NCBI GenBank assembly: GCA_951406725.2
Contig: OX597822.1
Span: 92,008,001-92,072,000, forward strand
Origin: Octopus vulgaris
Taxonomy: Eukaryota
DNA length: 64,000 nt
Direction of reading: 5' to 3'
Shown here: piece after piece, positions 11,716-24,702 of the stretch
Numbering within the stretch: the first letter of the stretch is position 1
Layout of the letters: each line of letters starts with the position of its first letter
The notes under the pieces: generated by a model
What the model saw: the letters and a program-made list of their open reading frames with translations, nothing else
Told to the model about the DNA's origin: nothing
Database searches by the model: none
Program-made: the position numbers and the translations under genes

Positions 11716-12786
11716 AAGAAGTTGAAAATGCAATTTGAGTGTATTAGGTAGTTTGTTTTTAAGGCTTAGCCAGTTTCACAGATTTTTCTAGTTTTCAGTA
11801 AAGTGAGACAGAAAGACATGAGGCTATGCCACAACTGTTATGGTTCTGACTGGAGTTCAAAAATTTTGTTGTTTTAACAGAGAGAACATGGCTTGAATTA
11901 GTATGTGTTTAGGATACAATTTGATTGGCAAAGGATGGTCACATGATTAGACTTTAACATTTTTGTGAGTTCCCCACTACATACATATATTAATGTCATG
12001 TAACAGTATTTTTGGTGCCATAAGTTATGGCTAAAAGAGTTGAGTAAATGTGCCTAGAGACTTGTGTCTAGGGAATTGCATCAGCTTTATTAAAGACATA
12101 TGTGCAAAAAATAGGTCCGCCAAATTCCAAGTCTTCCCATTTTACCTGTGTTCAGTCAATACCATAGATCAAACACAAATAAACAAAGGAAATATATTCA
12201 TACAAAAATACAAATCAAGACTGAATAAACTTTAACCCTACATTCACCAACAACTACTCATGCACAAACTCACTTGACATTGAATTCACACAGTTAATAA
12301 CCTAAACTTTGGATACAATCATGAGTTTTTCTCACATGACACTAACACAAAAAAATGTATGTTTACATGCATATGTACAAATGATAACCATTTAGCCACT
12401 GAAATACATACAAACAACTTCTATCCACGCTACCATTCGACAGATTACATTTAGAGAGCCCTGATTGTTTTGGACTGTCAGTAGACACATTCATTTAACC
12501 ATGTCAGCCATAACTTACATCATCAAAAATAGTGTCACATGACATTAATACATTTCTAAGCCTAATCACATTATCATCCTTTACCAATCAAATTGTATCC
12601 TAAACAGATACTAAATTGAGCCAGGCTCTCTCTATAAAATCAAGAGAATTTTCAAACTCCAGTCAGAAGCAAGACAGTTGTGGTGTAACTCCATATCTTT
12701 CTATTTCACTTAGCTTCTGAAAATCAGAAAAATCTGTGAAACCAGTCAAGCCTTTAAAAATACTCGTAGCGCATTTTCAACTTCTT
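11716..12786. mobile_element. Long-TIR foldback-like non-autonomous element inserted into a SINE
   Basis: AAGAAGTTGAAAATGC... / ...GCATTTTCAACTTCTT; imperfect inverted homology extends about 300 bp (TTTAGGATACAATTTGATTGG vs CCAATCAAATTGTATCCTAAA). SINE halves lie on either side. Confidence 0.7.
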
Positions 12787-13842
12787 GTTTCTATATTTTT
12801 ACCCATATTATATATATATATATATATATCTGTGTGTGTGTGTGTGTATATATATAGTTTCCATCTACCAAATTCCATTTGACAAAGGGCTATAGAAGGT
12901 GCCATGTGACTGAAACCAAAACCATGTTGTTAAGTAAGCTTGCAACTATAATATGCCTGCATTTATCTTAAGTGAAATTTTTACTGAAGTTTTTGTCATT
13001 TTTTTTATGTAATCATATAATTTTTGTTGCTTTTGAAGGAAAACTAGAAATTGCTAGCTTTCCTTCAAATTTATCTTCTATGCAAAGTGATATGAATTTT
13101 TAATGCTCTTAGTACACATGGTAGCCAAAACTCGAAATGGCAGGTAAATTCATAGCATAACTATGAAACTATTTTTATCATGTTGTTGGCTTTTCTTGTT
13201 TTGGGGATTTTTTTAAAAGCTGAATTACATCGAATTCTCATTAACACTATATTCTTTCTTTAATGCTAACTGAACAATTAACTTTCTTAAGAAATTTATT
13301 TTGGAGAAGATTTTCAACTACTCAAAACCCAATGTTTAGTGTAATCTCTTTTACATTAATAGAAAGAGATATTTGGCTGTCTGCAATCTCTCACCTGTCA
13401 ATCACATTGAAATATGACTTCATAGTAAAAGAAACTTACCTTCTCATGCCCTGTCACTGTTCCTGTGTTAAGTAGCTGTAGGCATGGCCCTTGCACCTAT
13501 GACCCAGTAGAAAATAACAGGAAGGAGAGAGGGCTGCATCTCTCTAACCTGCAAGTGGAAACAAAGTTTATTTGAAGACAACCTTAAAGTGTTATTTATT
13601 GTCATTCAAGAGTTCAGTTCCTCCTCATGTAGCTCTGCCTTCTACATTTAAGACAACAAATTAGCTCCTATATATTCACTTGCATGCTTGAAAAAGCAGC
13701 CAAGTCTCCTTCAAATTATAGTTTATAATCTTAAAAAAAGGAAACATATTGCATAGCATGATTCTGGATATACCTTTGAACATAGATCTATTCATTTAGT
13801 GCTCATGACATTCATTTACTCTCTGTCATTGTTAGTTTTTAC

Positions 13843-14050
13843 TTAACCCTTTATCATTTAAACCAACCAAATCTGGCCTAAATATTCTATGTTCTGTGTT
13901 CAAACTGGCTGATCCAGTCTCTTACACCTACCCTATTATGTCATTCTAAATATAAACAATCACATAAAAATCTCAAACCTACATTATGATTTATGATTAA
14001 TTCAAAACAATATGAATAAATAAGCATTGCATTTGACAGAGTGCTAAAGA
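13843..14050. mobile_element. piggyBac-type MITE, degenerate
   Basis: TTAACCCTTTA start; body homologous to 17012-17232. Confidence 0.65.
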
Positions 14051-14433
14051 GAAAAATACCATTGTCAATCTTGACTGAAACCATGTACCTGTACTATATT
14101 ATTCATTTTAAAGAGAAACAATGAAAAACTGTGGTAGTTGGTAACTATTACACTATAACCCACTTTCTCTTTCTCATGCACAGTTCACTTATTAGCTCCC
14201 ACTCTTCTTCTGCACTCCTATACAAGTCATGCAGTATAATTGTTTAATTCATTATGGTATTCAGACTAAAGTAACAAGTAGCAGAATATCCTCTCTCTAT
14301 CTTTCCAGTTTTCACTTATTGCTGTTCATTGGAGACACAACTAACTATAAAGTTTATGTATATTATAGTCAACAAGACACACATGAACACAACAAAATAC
14401 AAAAGATTTACAAACAGTTATATATACGAGCTG

Positions 14434-15915
14434 TCATCATCATCATCATTGTTTAATGTCCGCTTTCCATGCTAGCATGGGTTGGATGATTTGACTGAGG
14501 ACTGGCGAACCAGATGGCTGCACCAGGCTCCAATCTTAATCTGGCAGAGTTTCTACAGCTGGATGCCCTTCCTAACGCCAACTACTCCGAGAGTGTAGTG
14601 GGTGCTTTTACATGCCAGTGACATGGGGGCCAGTCAGACTGTACTTGGCAACGACCTCGCTCGAATGTTTTTTCACATGCCACCGGCACAAATGCCAGTA
14701 AGGTGACGCTGGTAACGATCATGCTCAAATGGTACCTTTTACATGCCACCGCTCTGGCAACGATCACACTCGGATGGGGCTCGTAGCACCCCACTAGCAT
14801 GGGGCACAAGTGCCAGTAAGGTGACGCTGGTAACGATCACATTTGAATGGTGGTTTTTACGTGCCACCGGCATGGAAGCCAGTTAGCCACTCTGTCAACG
14901 ATCATGCTCGGATGGTGCTCTTAGCGCTCCACTAGCACAGATGCCAGTCATCAAATTTGATTTCAATTTCACTTGCCTCAACAGGTCTTCACAAACAGAG
15001 TTTAGTTTCCAAAGAAGGAAAGGTACGCATAAATGGGCTGGTTACGCCCCTGGCATAGGCCATGAGGTTATGGTCTCATTTGGGTTGCCGGGTCTTCTCA
15101 AGCACAACATATTTCCAAAAGTCTCGGTCACTAGTCATTGCCTTGGTGAGGCCTAAAGTTTGAAGGTCGTGCTTCACCACTTCATCCCAAGTCTTCCTGG
15201 GTCTACCTCTTCCACAGGTTCCCTCAACCACTAGGGTGTGGCTCTTTTCACACAGCTATTCTCATCCATTCTTGCCACATGACCATACCAGCACAGTCAT
15301 CTCTTTTGCGCACCACATCTGGTCCGACTTTTCTCTCAAGGTACTTACACTCTGTCGAGTATGCACACTGACATTACACATCCATCAGATCATACTGGCT
15401 TCATTCCTTGCGAGCTTACCCATATCCTCAGCAGTCACAGCCTATGTTTCACTGCCATGTAGCATGGCTGTTCGTACACATGGGTCATACAATCTACCTT
15501 TTACTCTGAGAGAGAGGCCCTTTGTCACCAGTAGAGGTAGGAGCTCTCTGAACTTTGCCCAGGCTATTCTTATTCTAGTAGTTACACTTTCAGTGCACCC
15601 TCCCCCACAACTGACTAGGTCACCTAGGTAACAGAAGCTATCAACTACTTCTAGTTTTTCTCCTTGAAACATGGCGGAAGTTGTTCCCTGAGCATTTTCA
15701 GTGTTTATTGCTCCCGAGCATCTGCCACATACAAAAACTATCTTCCCAGTTAGCCTTCCTTTGATATTACTGCACCTCTTATGTGTCCATAGCTTACATT
15801 GGGTACATCTTATAGAGTTTTTACCTATGCCTCTACTACAGATTGAGCAGGGCCATCTACCTGAAGGGATTTGTGGTTCGCCTGTCTTCCTACTTATTAG
15901 GACTTTGTATCAAGA
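14434..15915 (-). mobile_element. 5'-truncated RTE LINE
   Basis: LEVVDSFCYLGD...RIRIAWAKFRELLPLL...KGRLY..CVRTAMLHGSET, then RTE UTR and (GAT)n tail. Confidence 0.88.
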
Positions 15916-16185
15916 CTAATATTTTAACGAATAAAACTGAAAAAAATAATTCAATGGATATTAATTAAAATGTGATTTCTACTCCATAACTTTACAAATA
16001 TACGTGCATACATATTGACATGTGTGTATGCATTTCAATATACATATCTATGAGGCTGTATATTCTATTTTTATATTATAACTATTTGTTTTGCCTCCCT
16101 ATCCATATCTCTTTATGAAGTCAAAAGTAATAGCTGTAAAATAGACGGAATATCCAGCTATAAAAAATATGTATAGTACTCTGTA

Positions 16186-16191
16186 AATAAA
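16186..16191 (+). terminator. Candidate polyadenylation signal of the GALNT gene
   Basis: CTGTAAATAAACATT context with T-rich downstream sequence. One of several AATAAA hexamers; would imply a ~4.8-kb 3' UTR. Confidence 0.3.
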
Positions 16192-17011
16192 CATTATCTT
16201 TTGCTTTCATAATGCTTCTAATTCGTTTTATCTGATTGTCTATCTGCTCTCTTTCTCTCTCTCCCTCTCTCTTTGTATATACATATATATTTCATCTGTT
16301 TTCTATGCTGGCATAGGTTGCATGGTTTGACAGGAGCTGGCCAGCCTAAGAACTCTCCAGACTCCAGGATTAGTCAAATAGGTTGAATTTCCAATCATAT
16401 TCTTTAAAGTAGAAATTTTCAAATTTTTTTTTAACTACAGACTCTGAATAAGGCACTCAAAGTTTTATATCATTCCATCTGCTTTTTAAAAGTTTTATTA
16501 TATAAAGACAAGTATCAAAATGGTTTTAAAACAGGGAATAGAGCATGCATTGCATTTTTCTACCAGTGCAATGCTTTTAAAACATCAGAGTTCTCTAAAA
16601 ATCCTTGGGTATTTTCTAACTTACCTCAAAAGCTTGCAAAACATCTGTAGACCATGCATTGGTACTGTTGTTGAAACTGTCTTCTCTAAAATAGTTTAAA
16701 ACAATATATAATTATAAACAGAAAATGTGAAGTAAATATAAAATGGTGTTACACATACTACACAAATGTGCAAGTGATGAATGCTTCTTTATAGTCACTT
16801 GACAGCCAAAGCAGCCAAAATGTGTAAAATAGGAGGGTTGGCTGAAAAGTTCATAGGCTTTTCATAGACTGTGACAAAATCAGGTTTGTTTTTCAACATT
16901 GTACTTATGAAACAAGACTCCTTTCATAATACTTCAGCAAGGTGGCTTAGTATGTGATCTGCTTGGTGTGCTTTTGATCTGTTGTTTTTTGCATTATGTA
17001 ATACAGTTTAA

Positions 17012-17232
17012 CCCTTTAGCTTTTAAACTGGCCATATCCGGCCAAAAGTATTCTGCCTCTTTTATGTTCAAACTGGCCAGATCTGGTCTCTCACACCAAC
17101 CCTACAATGTCGTTTTTAAAATTAACAGCTACTTCATCAAAATCTCATAGCCACAAGATAATGCATGATTAGTTCAAAACAATGTGGATAAAGAAGCATT
17201 AACTTTGGCAGAATAATGTGAACACTAAAGGG
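17012..17232. mobile_element. piggyBac-type MITE
   Basis: TTAA|CCCTTTAG ... CTAAAGGG|TTAA, 221 bp. Confidence 0.88.
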
Positions 17233-18629
17233 TTAAAATAATTTACTCACTTTTTTTTTCGCTTTATTACATTTTTTTATGAACTTGAAAAATTTGTTTA
17301 TTTACATATGGAATTCAAATGGAAGTTGACATTTAAAGCAGAAGCGAATCTTGTAATATTAAGCATTATGATTTGTTTAATATACAAATAAACTTTATAG
17401 TTAAGAAATTTTTTAATATTTATTTATCATTTTGGCAATCTTTTATTTTAACTTGAAGGCATGTGTGTGCAGCTCAGCTGTTACCTTACGATGTTCAATT
17501 TTTAAAAAAATATATATATATATATTAACCCCCACCCCCACGCCCTCAAGCAGGCTCTTTACATGCTAGAAATAACACCCAAATCTCACAAAACTTCGAT
17601 AACATAATGAAAAAAATGTGTAATCAATCTACTCACCTTTCTGCAAAGATTTCTTTCAGAATTTCCCGCAGAAATACGAAATTAGAGTGGGGGGGGGTTG
17701 TTGAAAGTTACAAAAAAACATGAGTTTTGCACTGGTCATGACTTCTACAGTTTGTTTGAAGAATTTATAGAAATTCTGGAAGTTTTTCTTCACAGTAGAT
17801 CCATACATTTCTCGATACATTGATTCATTGACGCGGGACCATTTCATGTCGCCTGATGATCCAGTCACATACTTTAGCCATCTTTTGATACGGGACCGAT
17901 TTTTTTTCTCATATGAGGTTTTTCATGCTAACTGCTTGATAAATTCTTATGAAGATTTTATCCTATTTTTAAATTGTAAATTTAACCGGAGTATATTCAA
18001 TACTGAATTTTTATTCTGAATAAGCACGTTGTTACCGAAATGCAATTCGAAAAAGCCCGCCATTTACATAGATGTATAAAGGGTGAACATTTCTACATGC
18101 TGCGTTGGATACAATGGTTGTTCACCTGGTATGTTGTTTTTGTTCATTCATTATAAATCTTGAATTATGCTTGCACTGAGGAGTAAAGAGTGCATACCAC
18201 TGTACTGATTACGAAATCACAGGTGATATGCAGCTGAATTCTGTTTTTAAATGACTTGCTTCGAAAATTGCATTCAGTTCGATATGTTTATTTATTTTAG
18301 TAGTTTTGACTTTAAGAGTCCCTAGTGTGTGGCATTCATGTGCAATAATGCCCTCTATATAATATATATGAATATATTTAAGTGAAAAAATTGATGGTTT
18401 ATTTTCTCTTATGAGGTTTTTCACACTAACTACTTGTTAAATTCTTATGAAGATTTTATCCTATTTTTATATTGTGTATTGTATATATATATGTATGTAT
18501 ATGTATATATGTGTGTGTGTGTGTGTATTTATATTGTTTATATCTATGTATTTATATGTATATGTATATGTGTATATATGTATATGTGTATATGTATATA
18601 TATGCTGAGTCATATATATATATATATAT

Positions 18630-18950
18630 GACTGAGCATGGGATTGCACCTAGAAAGTTACTCTCCCAGGCACAAGTCCGGGCAAGGTTGTTTATGGAAG
18701 ACCAGCAGTCGCCCATGCATACTGGCCTCCCCTCTCCACGCCACCAGTGTTATCCAAGGGAAAGGCAAAGGCCGATACAGCTTGGCACCTGTGACGTAGC
18801 AACTGATTTCAACAACTCAGTGAACTGGAGCAACTTGGAATAAAGTGTCTTGCTCAAGAATACAACACGCAGCCCTGGCCGGTATTCGAAATCACAACCT
18901 CACGATCGTAAGTAAGCTTGACGCTCTAACTACTGAGCCATGTGCCTTCA
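18630..18950 (-). mobile_element. tRNA-derived SINE (second family)
   Basis: Minus head AGGCACATGGCTCAGTAGTTAGAGCG...GATTTCGAATACC (A and B boxes), embedded in (TA)n. Confidence 0.7.
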
Positions 18951-19717
18951 ATATATATATATATGTATGTATATACATATATGTAGGGAGTTTTAGGTGT
19001 GATGTACAGAAATTGAATATTGAGAAAAATAAAGTCATCAGAATTTTGGAAAAAATCTTTAGATTTCTTCATTATTATTAGCGCTTTCTTTCATTTCTCA
19101 AACTTGTCAAATAAAATTTTGTGAATGTACAAACAGTTTCATTTATATGAAACAGATGTTTTTTGGCTGTCTTGTTTTGAAGAGAACATTTTTTTTTTTT
19201 TTTTTGGCTGAGGTTCCATGACAATGGAGGTAGAGAGATAGAAATATAGGTAGGTAGATAGATAGTCAGACAGATAGATAGGTAGAGGGAGTGAAAGGGA
19301 AGAGGTATCCCCCTTCCTATTCATTCATGTGCTTATATATTTATTTTAGTCATTTAGCATTGTATTGGGATTGGTTTAAGGATGGTGACCTCTTCAGAAA
19401 AAAGGATAGGTGCAGTATGGTCATCACTGAAGTCTTTTTGCTTTCTTTCTGTCTTCCCCTTTCCTCTTGTTTTCTTTTTCTCCTCTTAAAGTTATATTTA
19501 GAACACAAAATGTACTGTCTCCCCTTTTTCTTTCAAACATTCGATTTTGGAGAGAATTTTTTAATGAAAAAACATTAGTATAATTTTTGCAAATAAAATT
19601 TTTTTTAAATAAATAAAATAAAATTATATATATATATATATATATAAATTAATAATAAAATATTAGGGAATAAATCAGATTTAGGATTGAATCCAATTTT
19701 ATAGTAAAATATTATAT

Positions 19718-20054
19718 TATATTAAATTAGAGATAAAACCACTATTAGGCAAATCATACAATGAAAAACTTAAGCCAATATATAAGATTAATTAATTTAT
19801 ATTATTTAAATATATATCAAAATTATTAAAAAAGATAATTAATATAACACTACGATTGTTTCATGGCTGTTCAATTCTTAAAATTTTCAAAAATTTTAAG
19901 AATTGAACAGCTATGAAACGATCGTAGTGTTATATTAATTATCTTTTTTAATAATTTTGATATATATTTAAATAATATAAATTAATTAATCTTATATATT
20001 GGCTTAAGTTTTTCATTGTATGATTTGCCTAATAGTGGTTTTATCTCTAATTTA

Positions 20055-20059
<5 letters not shown>
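19718..20059. repeat. 342-bp near-perfect palindrome between (TA)n tracts
   Basis: Arms 19718-19887 and 19890-20059, two mismatches seen, 2-nt loop. Confidence 0.92.
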
Positions 20060-20086
<27 letters not shown>

Positions 20087-21059
20087 CTTAATCATATCAA
20101 AGGGAAATGGAAATTAATAGAAATTTTCATTTCCAGTGGCCTAACGTGTAAAAATTTAGTCCAAAGACTATGTATTAGTCATAAAATACAGTGTACATTT
20201 AAACATATTCCAAAATTCCTGTCTTATTGAACCTGTTAAAAGGATTTTGCTCCTGAAAAATGAGGTCATGGAGCTCTAAAATGTGAGAATTAAGGCCCCT
20301 ATTGGGGGTGGACATCTTAATGTCAACCAGAGAAGTTGAATTGTTGAGAATCTTTTTAACTTGGGTCGTATATCTATTGTTTGAATTTCTTTGAAATAGG
20401 AAATATATGTTCACTGGGTTTGTATAAGAGAGCAAAACTACAGGAAACCAAAAGACAAATGATCACAATAAGCAGTCAGCTAACCACTCCCAATGTAGTA
20501 TTCCTCACCATGCAGGTGACAAGGCACAGCTGTAAGATGCATTATGCATCTATAGCAATTGGAAGGGCATGACCCAACTGAAATAAACATTAACAACTGT
20601 GTGACATGAAGACTAAGGAGAAATGAAAGTGTCACCTCTAACTGGACAGAATAAATTTACAATCTATAAATATCTTTGAATAACTAGTCATCTGTGAATG
20701 CCTTGAAATCAATGTTACCATCTGGGGACTATATGTGACCCAGTGATAATAAAAAGACTGAAAGGAGATCTGCAATCAAATAACTTTACTCAACACTTTG
20801 CAACTGAATCAGTGGAGGCAAAGATGCCTCTCATTTAGTTGACAATTTATGCACCACATTGCAGAAATCACAATCTAAGTATATCTCAAAGCAAAGTGTT
20901 ACACTGTTGTACCATTGAATTACAAATAATGCCCATCTTCTATGCTCGGGTGACCCTACAGCTTCCAAGAGTACAACTGTATTCGTCTTTCCTTAGATAA
21001 AATGACTAAATTTTGGGTGTTAAGTCCCCATGGAGGGGTCTTTCTAACTTGTAAGAAGA

Positions 21060-21820
21060 TGAAATTTTATAAATTTTATGCATTTTGGGAGTAAAAACCC
21101 TGCGTCCACATACTCCCTCCACAACACTGATATCAAGAAATCCTCTTGCGAGCGTGACCTAGGCATCACTGTCAGCAGTGATTTGCGTTGGACAAAGCAT
21201 ATCTCTAAAATTGTCAAGAAGGCCGAGGGTGTCTTGGCATCACTCAGCAAGACTTTTGTTAGCCGCTCTCCAGCCATCTATTTAAAACTGTATACAGCTA
21301 TGGTACGACCACACTTGGAATTCGCATCATCAGTTTGGAATCCCTATCTTGCTCAGAACATTGACCTCCTGGAATCTGTCCAGAGACGTACAACCAAACG
21401 CATACCCTCCATCAGACACCTACCATATTCTGAGCGCCTTGTTTCCCTGGGCATGGATTCACTGAAACTCCGGCGTCTGGCGACGGACTTGGTAAACACC
21501 CACAAGGTTATCAACCACCTCACCAACAACAACACTGAACACCTTTTTGATCTCCATGTGTCTAACACACGTGGACATGCCTACAAAGTCAGAAAACAGC
21601 ACAGCTCCCATGACTTTCGGAAACATTTTTTCACGCTCAGGGTTGCTGAAGCGTGGAATAAACTGCCTGCGTCAGTTGTTGACTGCCATGACACTGCATC
21701 CTTTAAGGCCCTCATGCTTTCCGAAATCCGCCGAAACTACACCTGATTATATATACACTTTAGATGAGTTGTAGTGCACCTGAGCACTGTACACAATTAT
21801 TATTATTATTATTATTACTT
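21060..21820 (+). mobile_element. 5'-truncated CR1-group LINE
   Basis: ORF 21078-21746: ERDLGITV, LYTAMVRPHLEFASSVWNP, TRGH, RKHFFTLRVAEAWNKLP; (ATT)n tail. Confidence 0.92.
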
Positions 21821-23068
21821 CATTTGTATCTAATATCTATGGTTAAAATTTCATCAACAGCAAAAATATACGAATTGTCATGGGGGTTATGGCTCTTATG
21901 CATAGAATATAATTTCCAAATTTCGTAAAAATCCATTCAGTACTTTTGACTTAGTTTCGGATCATAAAAGAAATGACTAAAATTTGGGAGTTAAGGCCCC
22001 CATTAGGGTGTCTTGGAATCGTCATGTGAAGTGGAAACTGAGAATACTTCTTGATGTGTGTCAATTATCCATTGTTGAAATTTCATCACCATCGAAAATT
22101 TATGAATTTTCATGGGGGGTTCTGCTCCCTTTAAGCCATCTGAAATTCAAACCAAATATATTGCATTATACATGCCCTTATGCATTGAATCTAAGTTTCA
22201 AATATCATAAGGATCCATTCAGTAATTTTGGTCCATGAAATTGTATGAAACACACAGCATTACCCTTCTCCCTAGGCTTGGATTTTGTGTTCCAAATTTC
22301 ATTATGATTGGTGCAGCAGTTTTCAAATGTATAAGTAATACACGAACACATAAAGACATTGTCTTTGTTATAATAGATATGAATGTGCACATATACATAC
22401 ATATATATATATATGTGTGTGTGTATTATATATATATATACACGCACACACACAAAGATAAATTGATAGATACAACTGAGTGGGCAAAGAAAAATACGAG
22501 ACAAAGCGTAGTGCTTTTTTTATGTTGATAAGCCTGGTACTTATTTTATTAGTTTCTTCTTGTGAAACCAGTAAGTTATGGGGGATGTAAATAAACGAAC
22601 AGCAGTTGTGAAGCAGTGATGAGGGTGAAACAAAGTCACACACATACACTTAAATATATAAATACATATATATACGATTGATTTCTCTTAAGTTTCTGTC
22701 TACGAAATACATATATATATATATATATGTATACACACACACACAAAGATAAATTGTGTGGGCAAACAAAAATATGAGATACTGCCTAGTGGTTTTTTTT
22801 TATTTTGATAAGCCTGATACTTATTCTATCAGTTTCTTCTTGGGAACCAGTAAGTTAAGGGGCTCTGAATAAGTGAACAGCAGTTGAGAAGTAGTGATGA
22901 GGGAGAAACACAAAGACACACACATAGACTTACATATATACATACATATATATACGATTGATTTCTTTCAGTTTCCGTCTACAAAATCCACTGACAAGGC
23001 TTTGGTTAGTCTGAGGCTATAGCAGAAGACACATGCCAAGTCACCACACAGTGGGACTGAACCCAGGA

Positions 23069-23540
23069 CCACACAGCCACACCTGCACCTATATGTGTGT
23101 GTGTGTATGGGTGGGTGTATGTATATGTGTATATATATATATGTGGACATATTACATGTACATCTCTCTCTATATATATACATCTACACATACACTTATA
23201 CATATACATCTACATCTATATGTATAGAAATACATGTATATATATACATCCATATATATACATGTGTGTGCGTGTATATATATATGTATACACATATATA
23301 TATATATCACACAGCCACACCTGCACCTATATGTGTGTGTGTATGGGTGTATGTATATGTGTATATATATATATGTGGACATATTACATGTACATCTCTC
23401 TCTATACATATATACATCTACACATACACTTATACATATACATCTACATCTATATGTATAGAAATACATGTATATATATACATCCATATATATACATGTG
23501 TGTGCGTGTATATATATATGTATACACACACATATATATA
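23069..23540. repeat. ~238-bp tandem duplication of a compound microsatellite and SINE end
   Basis: CACACAGCCACACCTGCACCTATATG...GTGGACATATTACATGTACATCTC...GAAATACATG occurs twice in tandem. Confidence 0.88.
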
Positions 23541-23825
23541 TATATAGATCTATATATATATATGTGTGTGTGTGTGTGTACATGTAAATTTAAAATAATA
23601 AGGGTGAAAAATTGAATATTAATTTGATTAATATCAATTTAAAACCAGTGGTGTAGCATATTGAAAAGTCTGAAGTTTCAGAAAAAATTACATTACATAC
23701 ATATAAGAGGGATGTTCATTTTCAGTTCATGCCACTTATATAATAGTTTCACTATTAAAGTGAAAGCATTTGACATTACAATAGAGAGATCTTTTTGTTT
23801 CACTTTTGACATGTACTACTGAAAT

Positions 23826-24020
23826 AGTGGAGAAGATATGATATTGCTGCGGGCTCACCCTAGGCAAGAAGTTGAAAGGTTTTTTTTATTTTTCCCATGA
23901 CACTACATGGACCCTGAGTAAGGCATGTATAAAATATGAATGAAATTTGCTGTGTAGTTCTCAAGTTTTAGGGATCACACAGACAGACAGACAAACATTC
24001 TCAGTTTTATATATATAGAT
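23826..24020 (-). mobile_element. Short non-autonomous Helitron-like fragment
   Basis: Ends CACACAGACAGACAGACAAAC...TTTTATATATATAGAT, like the Helitron 5' end near 28833. Confidence 0.5.
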
Positions 24021-24290
24021 TGCAGATAAGAAAATGGAAAAGCACATTAGTTGGTTCATTAACTTTAGGACATTAAAATGTTGACTTATTTATTTATCAA
24101 AACAACAACCATAATAACATACATACATATAGTTTATTATTCTATGTATATGTGTGTATGTGTATATGAATGTATGTATATGTGTATATATGTATGTGTC
24201 TATTTACATGTATATATATATATATATATATAGGTGTAAGTGTGTATATATGTGTATGTATATGTATATTTGTATGTATATGTAGGTTCT

Positions 24291-24323
<33 letters not shown>

Positions 24324-24382
24324 GGTCTGAGTGTATGTATGTATGTATGTATGTGTATGACCATGTAGGTGTTGATGAATGT

Positions 24383-24701
24383 ATTACTCTTTACTCTTTT
24401 ACTTGTTTCAGTCATTTGACTGCGGCCATGCTATCGGTCTCTTTTGCTGAACTGCTAAGTGACGGGGACGTAAACACACCAGCATCGGTTGTCAAGCAAT
24501 GCTAGGGGGACAAAGACAGACACACAAACACATATATACGACAGGCTTCTTTCAGTTTCCGTCTACCAAATCCACTCACAAGGCATTGGTCGGCCCGCGG
24601 CTATAGCAGAAGACACTTGCCCAAGATGCCACGCAGTGGGACTGAACCCGGAACCATGTGGTTGGTTAGCAAGCTACTTACCACACAGCCACTCCTGTGC
24701 C
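24383..24701 (-). mobile_element. tRNA-derived SINE (same family as 1271-1670)
   Basis: Head GGCACAGGAGTGGCTGTGTGGTAAG...GGTTCAGTCCC; internal deletion. Confidence 0.85.
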
Positions 24702-24702
24702 T

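Noticed and set aside
23006-23615. Many Y/I/C/V/M-rich ORFs (also 18434-18843, 24170-24505, 60831-61355)
   Set aside because: Stop-poor (TA/CA/TG)n microsatellites.
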